From Nitrospinota bacterium (GTDB lineage: Bacteria; Nitrospinota; Nitrospinia; Nitrospinales; VA-1), in the NCBI GenBank assembly GCA_027619975.1, contig JAQCGX010000012.1:6845-70844 (forward strand): a DNA stretch of 64,000 nucleotides, in the 5' to 3' direction. A program made the translations under genes and the position numbers. The notes below the pieces were generated by a model, which saw only the letters and a program-made list of their open reading frames with translations, was not told the DNA's origin and ran no database searches. Within the stretch, counting starts at the first letter, position 1; every line of letters starts with the position of its first letter. Below are positions 17,739 through 26,319 of this stretch, one piece after another.

Positions 17739-18536
17739 ATGATCGCAATTGAAAATTTTTTTGACCATTTAAAAGACTTCGCCCATGCAGAGATTTTTGC
17801 GGACAGCGAATGGGTGTGGGAACCTTTGAAAACCCTGGAGGAATCGATAGCCCGTCTGATCCGGGAAAAGTCGGAGAGCGCCCAGCGGTTGAATTCCCTG
17901 GAGGGGACTACGATTTCCGCACCTACCGACCACGGCAATGGCAAAATCGGTAAGAGCCTGTTCGTGAATCAATGGCTGGAAATAAAAGCTCCCATCCTGC
18001 TGGAAAATTTAGGAATCTGGATTGGTCGGGGAACCGTCCTTGAACCCTCGGCGATTCTCAAAGGTCCCATGATCATCGGCGAAAACTGCGAAATCCGGCA
18101 GGGCGCCTACATTCGCGGCAACGCCATCATTGGCAACCACTGCGTGATCGGGCACGCCACCGAAGTCAAGAACAGCATCATCATGAACCATAGCGAGGCG
18201 GGGCATTTCAATTATATCGGCGACAGCATTCTAGGCCGGCATGTGAACATGGGCGCCGGGTCGCAATTGGCCAATTTGCAATTCCGCACCGGGGCGGATA
18301 AAGACCGGGAAGAACAAATTTTCCCCGAAATTCCCGCTCTCATCGATGGTAAAGCCATTGCTACAGGCCTCAACAAATTTGGCTCCATCGTCGGGGACAA
18401 TTCCGAACTGGGGTGCAACGCCGTTCTTTGCCCTGGGGCTCTGGTGGGCAAAGACAACTGGATTCTCCCCAACTCCGTGGTGGCCAAAGGTTATTACCCG
18501 CCAAACTCGATTTTGCCCTTCAAAAGCCGAAAATAA
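17739..18536 (+). CDS. Left-handed beta-helix (hexapeptide-repeat) protein, GlmU C-terminal acetyltransferase-like, with no nucleotidyltransferase domain
   Basis: 265 aa. Hexapeptide repeats IIGENCEIRQGAYIRGNAIIGNHCVIGHATEVKNSIIMNHSEAGHFNYIGDSILGRHVNMGAGS. It lies 22 nt after the mutase gene. Confidence 0.7.
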   Translation: MIAIENFFDHLKDFAHAEIFADSEWVWEPLKTLEESIARLIREKSESAQRLNSLEGTTISAPTDHGNGKIGKSLFVNQWLEIKAPILLENLGIWIGRGTVLEPSAILKGPMIIGENCEIRQGAYIRGNAIIGNHCVIGHATEVKNSIIMNHSEAGHFNYIGDSILGRHVNMGAGSQLANLQFRTGADKDREEQIFPEIPALIDGKAIATGLNKFGSIVGDNSELGCNAVLCPGALVGKDNWILPNSVVAKGYYPPNSILPFKSRK

Positions 18537-18638
18537 AAATTTTCGGAGAAATAATGAATAAATAACATTATAATGATTTCACTAGGAAATAATCCTGACC
18601 CAGATATCTAGAAAGTCCATATAATAAAAGCGTTTAGA

Positions 18639-18723
18639 GCGGGAGTGATGAAATTGGTAGACATGCGAGATTTAGGATCTCGTGCTTCACGGCGTGGGGG
18701 TTCGAGTCCCTCCTCCCGCACCA
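18639..18723 (+). tRNA. tRNA-Leu (anticodon TAG), long variable arm, CCA encoded
   Basis: Acceptor stem gcgggag/ctcccgc. Anticodon stem cgaga/tctcg with loop ttTAGga. T-arm ggggg-ttcgagt-ccctc. Discriminator a followed by cca. Confidence 0.9.
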
Positions 18724-18736
18724 GCCTTCGGGCTGG
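18721..18736 (+). terminator. Short GC hairpin directly after tRNA-Leu
   Basis: ccagcc-ttcg-ggctgg, a 6-bp stem with a TTCG loop that overlaps the CCA. No clear U-tract follows. Confidence 0.25.
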
Positions 18737-18878
18737 AGCGACTTTGCTCACGATAGACATGCTACTTTGGCGCTCACTACGCTAAGGTGGTGGCACAGGC
18801 ATTCTTGCCTGTGCTACTTAAAAACAAAAGCTTAACTTGCTGACTGTGTTTTCCATTTTCAGCAGCTTTTTGACATTA

Positions 18879-19053
18879 GGGCATCTCTAAAAATTGACAA
18901 CGACGCCGAATCGCCAATTCAAAGAAGCGTCTTTTGTTTTAGTAGGACAGGCTTTCCAGCCTGTCCGCACGGGCTGGAAAGCCCGTGCCACTGATTTAAG
19001 AAACTTTTGCACACGATTCTATTTTCTGTAAAAACTAATTTTTAGAGATGCCC
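18879..19053. mobile_element. MITE-like non-autonomous element, 175 bp, with perfect 17-bp terminal inverted repeats
   Basis: gggcatctctaaaaatt at 18879-18895 is the exact reverse complement of aatttttagagatgccc at 19037-19053. The core carries two adjacent hairpins, ggacaggc-tttcca-gcctgtcc and cacgggc-tggaaa-gcccgtg (18942-18992). There is no ORF. The right end abuts the stop codon of the gene at 19054. Confidence 0.65.
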
Positions 19054-19998
19054 TTAAATAGATTTTGCGCAGCGGAAACCGATGGTGGGATTTTTCATGG
19101 CGGGGTAGACAACGTTCCTGAAAGAAATTTGCGCCATTTTTTTATCGCTTGCCCATCCTCCCCCTTTGACGATGCGCAGGGTTTGGGTTTCTGGCTCCTG
19201 GCTGGAAGGTGAGTAAGGTGTGCTGACCCATTCCCAGACATTTCCTGTCATGTCCAAAAGACCATAAGGACTGGCCCCTTGTGGGTAAGACCCGACCGGC
19301 GCGGCCAGAAAAGAACCGTCTTCGTTTCCCAAAAGGTTGGCCTTTTCGTTGGAAAATTGATTGCCCCAGGGCCAGAGATTGCCGGACTCGCCTGAGGCCG
19401 CGGCCACCCATTCCGCTTCCGTGGGCAAACGTTTTCCCGCCCACAGGCAGTATTGATGGGCGCTGACCCAGTCGATGCCCATCGCCGGGCAGTTGGGACA
19501 ACTCCTGCCTTCGGTGAACGGGGTTTCGTCATACTTGCTGTCAAAATTTTTATATTGGCCGACGCTGATTTCCAGTTGATCCATATAAAATGCCGGAGGA
19601 TTGATTGACCCGGAAGCGGTTTCGTCCGATCGAAGCGTTCCCCGTGGAAGATCCAGAAGGCTCATCCTGTTGGCGCCGGAACTGATAAGGACCATGAGGG
19701 CCCGGTCTTTGGCACTGGAGATGGTCGGCAGGACGATTTTATTACCAGAGACAGGAGGTGGATATCCGCTTTTGCGCGAATAATTTTGTTGGGCCGCCAA
19801 TGTCACTTGCCCCCTGGGGTTTTTACTGGGTGCCTGGCGGGATGCGAGCGAGAGGGTGTTCCGCTTTTGGGAACGGACCTGCGTTTTCTTCTTCTCGGCG
19901 GATAGGCGTTTGCTAAATCCCGCTCCGAGAGGGGGCGGGTTGGAAGCGCAGCCTATATTCAGCAAAAATGCCAGACCAATAATTAAGAGGAGTCTCAA
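19054..19998 (-). CDS. Formylglycine-generating-enzyme-like (SUMF1/EgtB/PvdO fold) lipoprotein
   Basis: 314 aa with lipobox LLNIGC. The C-terminal domain contains GIDWVSAHQYCLWAGKRLPTEAEW, DMTGNVWEWV, RIVKGGGWAS and IGFRCAKS. The TTG start overlaps the upstream stop (TTGA). Confidence 0.8.
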   Translation of the reverse strand: MRLLLIIGLAFLLNIGCASNPPPLGAGFSKRLSAEKKKTQVRSQKRNTLSLASRQAPSKNPRGQVTLAAQQNYSRKSGYPPPVSGNKIVLPTISSAKDRALMVLISSGANRMSLLDLPRGTLRSDETASGSINPPAFYMDQLEISVGQYKNFDSKYDETPFTEGRSCPNCPAMGIDWVSAHQYCLWAGKRLPTEAEWVAAASGESGNLWPWGNQFSNEKANLLGNEDGSFLAAPVGSYPQGASPYGLLDMTGNVWEWVSTPYSPSSQEPETQTLRIVKGGGWASDKKMAQISFRNVVYPAMKNPTIGFRCAKSI

Positions 19999-20405
19999 CG
20001 TGTTTGCAAATCCTTTTCGACCAGGGAATCAAACTTCTTTTTCAGTTCCCGGTACCGTTGATATTCTATTTCAGATTCTTCCTTCATGCCCAATTGTTCA
20101 TAAGTATAACCCAGGCTGTAATGGGCATTGTGATGCGTGGGATCGAGCTGAATCGCTACCTTGAAGGCCTGCTCGGCATCGTGGTGCATTTCCTTGAAGT
20201 TATAAATTCCACCCAACCCGTAATAGCCTTCCGGGTTTTTCGGATTTTTTTGAATGGCTTTCAAAAAGGATTGCACCGCTTCGTCATATTTTTGCTGGTT
20301 GGTGTATTCTATTCCCGCCTTGACATAGTCATCGGTTTCCTTTTCGGCGCAACTCGAAAACACCAGCGGTAGAAGCATAAGAAAAATTATTTTTAGAAAT
20401 CGCAC
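19995..20405 (-). CDS. TPR-repeat lipoprotein
   Basis: 136 aa with signal and lipobox LVFSSC. TPR-type repeats are present (YDEAVQSFLKAIQKNPKNPEGYYGLGGIY...). GTG start. Translationally coupled to the FGE-like gene. Confidence 0.7.
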   Translation of the reverse strand: MRFLKIIFLMLLPLVFSSCAEKETDDYVKAGIEYTNQQKYDEAVQSFLKAIQKNPKNPEGYYGLGGIYNFKEMHHDAEQAFKVAIQLDPTHHNAHYSLGYTYEQLGMKEESEIEYQRYRELKKKFDSLVEKDLQTR

Positions 20406-20526
20406 GGCAAAGGGCTCTGGGGCATAAGATCGTGGAAAGAAACCTAACTAACTCAATAATATAACATTGCCGTGCAGCAGTCACCATAATAACTGGAATT
20501 TTTCTGACAATTCGCTATAAAAACTC

Positions 20527-21825
20527 ATGCCAGATTTTCTGCAATTAATTCTAGTGATTATTACCCTGGGCCTGACCGCAGGGACGGCGTTTGTTACGTT
20601 CAAAGGTTTTGGATTGATCAAAATCGGCTGGCTGAATTTTTCCCGGTTGAAGGATCTTGAAGAACAGACGCAGGGCACGAAAGACCCGCTCCGCAAAAAG
20701 GCTCTGCAAACGGTGATAGAACATTGCCAGATCTTGCGCGGCCAATGGATTCTTAAGGAGCCGGATTTAGAGATCGCCGGGAAAACCCTATATTTAGCGG
20801 AGGCAATCGCATCCATTTATCATCCCCAATCAGACGCTCCGCTCATGGAAGCGCGTCTGGGTAAACTTTTGGAAGCCTTTCTGGAACTGAAAAACAGAAT
20901 TGTGGTCTTCAGTGAGCTGAAGGGCGTCCGCAACTTTACCCAGTTCCGTTTGCGCCAGGTTCATTATTTGTCCCGCGCCTGGAAGAAAAAAGAGCAATGG
21001 CAGAAATCCCCTGTCGGGCAGGTATTTTCCCGTTATAAAGGCCTGTTCAAATGGCTCTATTTTTTACTCCGCTGTATGGACCTTACTTTTTGGACGTTCA
21101 AGATGCTGGGTTATATCCTGCACGACATTGTCCTTAAAATTTTACTGATTCGCTGGTATCTGACCATCGGGGAACTGGTGATCGGGGTCTATTCGGAACG
21201 TTCTGAAGAGCCTGAGTTGCGGGCGGATGACCTGCTGGATCAACTGGGCTCCATTCCCGAGCAGGAACCCCCAACGGAGCTTCCCGCAGGGGTCCGTGAA
21301 ATAGCAGACCGATCGAGAAAGGGTCTGATGTTCCAAATGAGTTCCCTGGAGTGGGAGCAGGCGAAGGAAATTTATTCTTGTCTGGTGCAGGATATTGCCG
21401 GCTATCATTTCCCGCAAGCGGAGGAGCCGCTTTATGAAGTCAAGCTGTACCCCTTGATGATGGCGGTCTCCCGCCTTTCCGATGAAGTGGCTTCGATACG
21501 CGATCAACCGGTTTTAAAGAAACTCTTAGGAGTCCGTGTCTCGCATCTCTTGTTGGCAAAAGACGCAGTGGATTTTGTCCGCGAAAGCGAGTTTGGGGGG
21601 TGGCTGAAAAAATATCCTGTGGGCCGGTTCCTGAAAGTTTCCCGGTTGCTGTATCAGACCTTCCAGAAAAAACATCCCGGTTTTCTGTTCAAAGATTTTG
21701 CCTTCTTTCTGGTCAAGGAAGCGGGAAAACGATGGATCTACGTTTATTTGCACAACCGAATAGCGCTGGAAACGAACCACGCGTATCAGGAAACCCCACT
21801 ACGTGGGGAGGAAGATCGGGCCTGA
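20527..21825 (+). CDS. Hypothetical membrane protein
   Basis: 432 aa. Has an N-terminal hydrophobic helix (LILVIITLGLTAGTAFV) and a second hydrophobic stretch around WLYFLLRCMDLTFWTF. No family recognised. Confidence 0.55.
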   Translation: MPDFLQLILVIITLGLTAGTAFVTFKGFGLIKIGWLNFSRLKDLEEQTQGTKDPLRKKALQTVIEHCQILRGQWILKEPDLEIAGKTLYLAEAIASIYHPQSDAPLMEARLGKLLEAFLELKNRIVVFSELKGVRNFTQFRLRQVHYLSRAWKKKEQWQKSPVGQVFSRYKGLFKWLYFLLRCMDLTFWTFKMLGYILHDIVLKILLIRWYLTIGELVIGVYSERSEEPELRADDLLDQLGSIPEQEPPTELPAGVREIADRSRKGLMFQMSSLEWEQAKEIYSCLVQDIAGYHFPQAEEPLYEVKLYPLMMAVSRLSDEVASIRDQPVLKKLLGVRVSHLLLAKDAVDFVRESEFGGWLKKYPVGRFLKVSRLLYQTFQKKHPGFLFKDFAFFLVKEAGKRWIYVYLHNRIALETNHAYQETPLRGEEDRA

Positions 21826-21852
21826 CGCTACGCGAGGCCCTAAACCATAAAC

Positions 21853-22716
21853 TCATAGCTCGTTACTTGTGGATAACCGGTAGGAGACGCGGATGCCGCT
21901 GGAGTAGATATCCGACCAATGCGAATTCTGTTTCTGCTCTGGGGTGAACAGATCGTGGAATGAGCAGGAGCGGACACAGTATTCAGACCAATCCAGAAGA
22001 GCGTATTGAACGTTCAGTTGCTGAAACCAGATTTCCAGAAGCGCCCGGCTGGGCAAAGTTATCATGCTCAGGTCCTTGCCGCGATAGTCGAAGGATTCCG
22101 GCAGGCGGTAATCCTTTTTTTCCGGCTGGGTCAAAGAGACGATCATCAGGGGCAAGTCGAGCGTTTCATCCTTGATGCCTGGATAAACACTGGCGGCGTC
22201 TTTTCCCTGGACGGCGGCGTACCCGGCGGTGAAGGTATCGAGCAGGACAGTTTCCCTGGCGACACGGCGCATGAGTTTGAGCAAGCGCAAAGGCTCTGAC
22301 GTGTAATAGAGCATCCCAAAACAGAACACCGTGTCAAAACTGTTTGCGGGGGTGGATTCGAGGAAATCGAACACGTCTCCGACCTCAAACTGGCAGGCGC
22401 TTTTTGGGATATTTTCGCCCTGAAACAAATTCATGCATTTTTCGACCATTTTATTTTCCACATCGATTCCCTGGATATAATGGGCTCCCATCCGGTGCGC
22501 CGCGTAGGCGAATGTTCCCATGTGGGACCCGACATCCAATATTTTTTTACCGGCGATCGCGTCTTTTTGCCGACCTAACAGGTTATCAATCCGGGCGTTC
22601 AAGCACTCATGATTGTACGGGACGGCCCAGCGATTTTTTCGTGTGTCGGTGGTTAAAAAATTGGAGTCTTCGGGAATGTAGTTTTGAATGGGTTTCAATT
22701 TATTTTTATTCTCCAT
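21853..22716 (-). CDS. Class I SAM-dependent methyltransferase
   Basis: 287 aa. Motif I is ILDVGSHMGTFAYAA, followed by an acidic post-I residue in GIDVE. Confidence 0.7.
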   Translation of the reverse strand: MENKNKLKPIQNYIPEDSNFLTTDTRKNRWAVPYNHECLNARIDNLLGRQKDAIAGKKILDVGSHMGTFAYAAHRMGAHYIQGIDVENKMVEKCMNLFQGENIPKSACQFEVGDVFDFLESTPANSFDTVFCFGMLYYTSEPLRLLKLMRRVARETVLLDTFTAGYAAVQGKDAASVYPGIKDETLDLPLMIVSLTQPEKKDYRLPESFDYRGKDLSMITLPSRALLEIWFQQLNVQYALLDWSEYCVRSCSFHDLFTPEQKQNSHWSDIYSSGIRVSYRLSTSNEL

Positions 22717-22755
22717 TTTAAGATAGAAAATACCTTTCGTTCTAAATGGTGGGAA

Positions 22756-22764
22756 TGCTATAAT
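22756..22764 (+). promoter_or_regulatory. Extended -10 promoter element (TGCTATAAT)
   Basis: tgctataat at 22756-22764, 46 nt upstream of the J-domain gene start. Confidence 0.35.
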
Positions 22765-22809
22765 GCCGCTGATTCTATAAGGTTTATCTGGAATTGTTCA
22801 TTCCTTTGA

Positions 22810-23619
22810 ATGGAGCAAAAAACGATTTTAAAAGAAACTTTATCAGCTGTCACTCCCGTAATTTCACCGGAAGAGGAGGAGCTCAAGCTCAAGAGGCGGG
22901 ACCTGGCTCAATTGGAGCAGGATCTGGCTGAAAAAGAGCTGGGGCTTTCCACCCTCAAGGGTGAGCTTCACCTTTTTGAACGGCGCTACCAGGTGGTAGT
23001 GGGCGCCAAGTATACCGAACTCGACGAGGTGAAAGCGCAAATTCTGGAGCTGGCTTCCCGACTCTACCCGCGTTCGGATGAATTTCGCTCTGGAGCGCAG
23101 TCTGCCAGAGAACGGGCCCAAAGCTCCGCTGATGAAACCGATGATCTTGAATCGGACTCGCCCCTGGAAGAAGAATTCAAACCCACTGAAAACCTAAAAA
23201 AACTGTTCCGCGACGTCGCCAAGAAAATCCACCCTGATTTAACCTCGGACGAGAAAGAAAAAATTCGTCGGCACGAACTGATGGCCCGATTGAACCAGGC
23301 TTATGATCGACTGGATGAAGACGCGATTCATGCCGTACTTCTGGATTGGGAAGCGGGACATCAATCGGAAAAAAAAGAAACCCTGGGAACACAGCTGGTT
23401 CGAGCCGTCCGGCAAGTTGCGCAGATAAAAAAGCGCTTACAGCGGATTGATGAAGAAATGGCTGAAATAAAAAAATCTGGAATGTATCAGTTGATGAAAA
23501 AAATGGCCTCGATTGGAAAAACAGGCGGTGATTTACTTGAGGAAATGGCCGCCGGTGTCGATGAAAAGATAGATTCGATCAAATCCAAAGTGAGAGATCT
23601 GGCAGGAGAGTTTGATTAA
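22810..23619 (+). CDS. J-domain-like protein with N-terminal coiled coil
   Basis: 269 aa. LKKLFRDVAKKIHPDLTSDE...LNQAYDRLDED corresponds to J-domain helices II and III with the HPD tripeptide. The N-terminal heptad-rich region runs from LKLKRRDLAQLEQDLAEKELGL. Confidence 0.65.
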   Translation: MEQKTILKETLSAVTPVISPEEEELKLKRRDLAQLEQDLAEKELGLSTLKGELHLFERRYQVVVGAKYTELDEVKAQILELASRLYPRSDEFRSGAQSARERAQSSADETDDLESDSPLEEEFKPTENLKKLFRDVAKKIHPDLTSDEKEKIRRHELMARLNQAYDRLDEDAIHAVLLDWEAGHQSEKKETLGTQLVRAVRQVAQIKKRLQRIDEEMAEIKKSGMYQLMKKMASIGKTGGDLLEEMAAGVDEKIDSIKSKVRDLAGEFD

Positions 23620-23631
23620 TGAACATCCGGA

Positions 23632-26106
23632 TTGATATTCAGCCCTATGAGTAAAAATGTAATTTCCGCACCTCCATCCCAAGCCGCTTCGGCGGAGTTT
23701 TCTCCCGGTAAATTTTCCAATATATCGCTTAAGGGTCTGGACTTCCTTGCCAAAGGGAGCGATGCAACCGACACCGAACTGACCTACCAGAAAACCGATG
23801 GTTCCCTCGATGCTATCAGCCCCAGGGACGCGGCGCGCTGGTTTAAAGATGCTGAAATGGGCAAGCCGCAGGCGCAATACAATGTCGGCGTGGTTTATTT
23901 CAAGGGCGTTGGCGTGGCGCGGAACAACAAGGAGGCGTTTAAATGGTTCCAGAAGGCGGCGGAAAAAGGTTCCGCCAATGGACAGGGCTTCCTCGGCATC
24001 ATGTATGAAAATGGTTTGGGTGTCACTCAGGATGATGAAAAAAGTGTCCATTGGTACAAAAAGGCGGCAGAGCAGGGGGACCGCGTGGCCCAGTTCAATC
24101 TGGGGCGCATGTATTATTTTGGCAAGGGGGCTGCTAAAGCGCCTGAGGAGGCCGCCAAGTGGTTCTATGAAGTGGCTCAATCTGGGAACGATATCGCCCA
24201 GAATATGATGGGTATCCTGTTTGAAAAAGGCGAAGGGGTGCCAAAGGATCTGGACATTTCCGGCAAGTGGTTTCAGCAGGCGGCTTTGCGGGGAAATGAA
24301 GAAGCCCAGTTTAACCTCGGCGACCGTTACGAACACGGCAAGGGAATCGCCAAAAACCTGGAAAAGGCGGTGCGCTGGTATTACAAGGCGGCAGTCAAGG
24401 GCCTGGATCTGGCGCAATTCAAATTGGGCATGATGTATTTTAACGGTGAAGGCGTTGCTAGAGATACCACGGAAGCGGTTAAATGGCTGTGCAAGGCGGC
24501 GGAGCAGGGAAATGAAGAAGCTCAGGAATTTTTAGAAAAGAACAACGATCAGTCCCTTCCCAACGCGGAAGAATTTTTTGATAAAGGCCATTTCTTTTTT
24601 GAGCGTGAAGATTATGAAGAAGCGGTGTCCTGGTATCTTAAAGCGGCTCAGCACGATCATGCGGAAGCGCAATTTCGTCTGGGGCGATTGCATGATCGTG
24701 GTCGGGAAATTGTGCAGAATTTTGCGGAGGCCCAGCTATGGTATGGCAGGGCCGCAGAACTGGGGCATGCCGGGGCCCGGTATCATCTGGGAGTTCTTCA
24801 TTTTCTGGGAGAAGGCGTTGCTCAGGATTATGAAAAAGCCGTTTCATTTTTTGAGGCGGCGGCCAGACAGGATATTCCGTCAGCGCAAGTGTTTCTGGGT
24901 ATGCTGTGCGAAAAAGGCAAGGGTGTGCGGCAGGATTTTTCCGAGGCCGTCCACTGGTACCGTAAGGCGGCGGAGTCGGGGGATGATTCTGGTCAGCTTT
25001 ATTTGGCCAGAATGTATTACCACGGTCAGGGAATAGCTCAGGATTTTGCGCAGGCCTTGAATTGGTCACAAAGTGCGGCGGCACAGGGTAATCCCAAGGC
25101 GCAGTACGATCTGGGGCGCTTGCATTATAACGGCCAGGGGGTGCGGCAGGATTATGTGCAAGCCGTTTACTGGTTTCGCAAAGGGGCGGATGAAGGGCAT
25201 GACTACGCTCAATTTGCATTGGGAAAGGTGTATTACGACGGCAAGGGAGTGAATCAGAATTTTCAGGAAGCCTATTGCTGGATAGAAAAAGCCGCAGGTC
25301 AGGGCAATGCCGGGGCGCAGAATCATCTGGGAACCCTGTTTGAAAAAGGAGAAGGCGTTGCCAAGGATTTTTCCCAGGCGGCCAAGTGGTACGCCAAAGC
25401 GGCGGAGCAGGGCAACGCCCAGGCTCAGGATAATCTTGGGATGATGTATTTTGTCGGCAAGGGCGTGCCTCAGGATTATGAAAAAGCGGCGGAATGGTAT
25501 CGAAAGGCGGCAAAGAAAGGGAGTGCGAGAACGAGCGAAGAACTGGATTTTCTGGATTCATCTGATGACCGCATGGACCCTGTCAAGGTCGTCAAATTCT
25601 TGCGCAAAGCCGCAAGGGAAGGTGTCGCCCGAGCGCAAAACCAATTGGGACTCCTGTATGAAAAAGGCGTTGGCGTCGAAAAAAGCTCAAAGCAAAGTGT
25701 GAGCTGGTACCTCCGCGCTGCAGAACAGGGCCACGAAGACGCTTTGTATAATATGGGACGGGTGTCCTGCCAGGGAACCTCTCCAGACTATAAAACCGCA
25801 TTTGGCTGGTATTTAAAATCGGCTGAAGCGGGTAATGCGGAAGCCCAGTATCAATTGGGGAAATTGTATGAAAAAGGGCAAGGGGTTTCTTCCCAGGATT
25901 ATTTAAAAGCATTTGACTGGTATCTGGTTGCGGCGGAAAAAGGGAACTCCAAGGCTCAATATGCTTTGGGTGTCCTGTATAAACAAGGTTGGGGCGTGGA
26001 AAAAAATGAAAAAAATGCTCGCCAATGGCTCCAGCGTGCGGCGGAGCAGGGGTCTTTGCTCGCCTGGGGAGCTCTGCAAAAAATGAAAACCTGCTCATGG
26101 ATGTAA
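23632..26106 (+). CDS. Sel1-like repeat (SLR) protein, about 20 repeats
   Basis: 824 aa built from a reiterated motif of the form A.KWY.KAAEQG...AQ..LG.MY..G.GV..D. The start is TTG at 23632 or ATG at 23647. It lies 12-27 nt after the J-domain gene. Confidence 0.85.
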   Translation: MIFSPMSKNVISAPPSQAASAEFSPGKFSNISLKGLDFLAKGSDATDTELTYQKTDGSLDAISPRDAARWFKDAEMGKPQAQYNVGVVYFKGVGVARNNKEAFKWFQKAAEKGSANGQGFLGIMYENGLGVTQDDEKSVHWYKKAAEQGDRVAQFNLGRMYYFGKGAAKAPEEAAKWFYEVAQSGNDIAQNMMGILFEKGEGVPKDLDISGKWFQQAALRGNEEAQFNLGDRYEHGKGIAKNLEKAVRWYYKAAVKGLDLAQFKLGMMYFNGEGVARDTTEAVKWLCKAAEQGNEEAQEFLEKNNDQSLPNAEEFFDKGHFFFEREDYEEAVSWYLKAAQHDHAEAQFRLGRLHDRGREIVQNFAEAQLWYGRAAELGHAGARYHLGVLHFLGEGVAQDYEKAVSFFEAAARQDIPSAQVFLGMLCEKGKGVRQDFSEAVHWYRKAAESGDDSGQLYLARMYYHGQGIAQDFAQALNWSQSAAAQGNPKAQYDLGRLHYNGQGVRQDYVQAVYWFRKGADEGHDYAQFALGKVYYDGKGVNQNFQEAYCWIEKAAGQGNAGAQNHLGTLFEKGEGVAKDFSQAAKWYAKAAEQGNAQAQDNLGMMYFVGKGVPQDYEKAAEWYRKAAKKGSARTSEELDFLDSSDDRMDPVKVVKFLRKAAREGVARAQNQLGLLYEKGVGVEKSSKQSVSWYLRAAEQGHEDALYNMGRVSCQGTSPDYKTAFGWYLKSAEAGNAEAQYQLGKLYEKGQGVSSQDYLKAFDWYLVAAEKGNSKAQYALGVLYKQGWGVEKNEKNARQWLQRAAEQGSLLAWGALQKMKTCSWM

Positions 26107-26113
26107 CTCCCTC

Positions 26114-26142
26114 AAAAACTCATATTGCTGAAATGAGTTTTT
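26114..26142 (+). terminator. Rho-independent terminator candidate after the Sel1 gene
   Basis: aaaaactcat, a 9-nt loop, then atgagttttt. The stem runs into a T-tract and begins 8 nt after the stop. Confidence 0.45.
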
Positions 26143-26184
26143 CCTTCCGGTATTAGATAAATCCAAAATTTTTTGTCAGGTAAT

Positions 26185-26218
26185 TAATACCAGTCCGACT
26201 TAAAACGGACTGGTATTA
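26185..26218. other. Perfect 13-bp stem hairpin in the Sel1/pstS spacer
   Basis: taataccagtccg-acttaaaa-cggactggtatta. Confidence 0.4.
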
Positions 26219-26319
26219 TTAATTTACAGAGGCGGGTTTTTGTGCGCTTGACTATATTGATATATTTCTATATATGGATATAGTTGGAAGGTAGGCAATG
26301 AGCTCATTGGGAGATTCGA

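Noticed and set aside
23533-25561. Minus-strand ORFs of 294 and 307 aa inside the Sel1-repeat gene
   Set aside because: They are antisense to a gene with about 20 clear Sel1 repeats. Their Pro/Arg/His-rich composition is typical of reverse frames of Ala/Gly/Lys-rich repeats.
26240-26319. A Pho box upstream of pstS
   Set aside because: There is no pair of CTGTCAT-like direct repeats at 11-bp spacing. I see only an AT-rich TTGACT...TATATG promoter-like stretch, so I make no Pho-box call.
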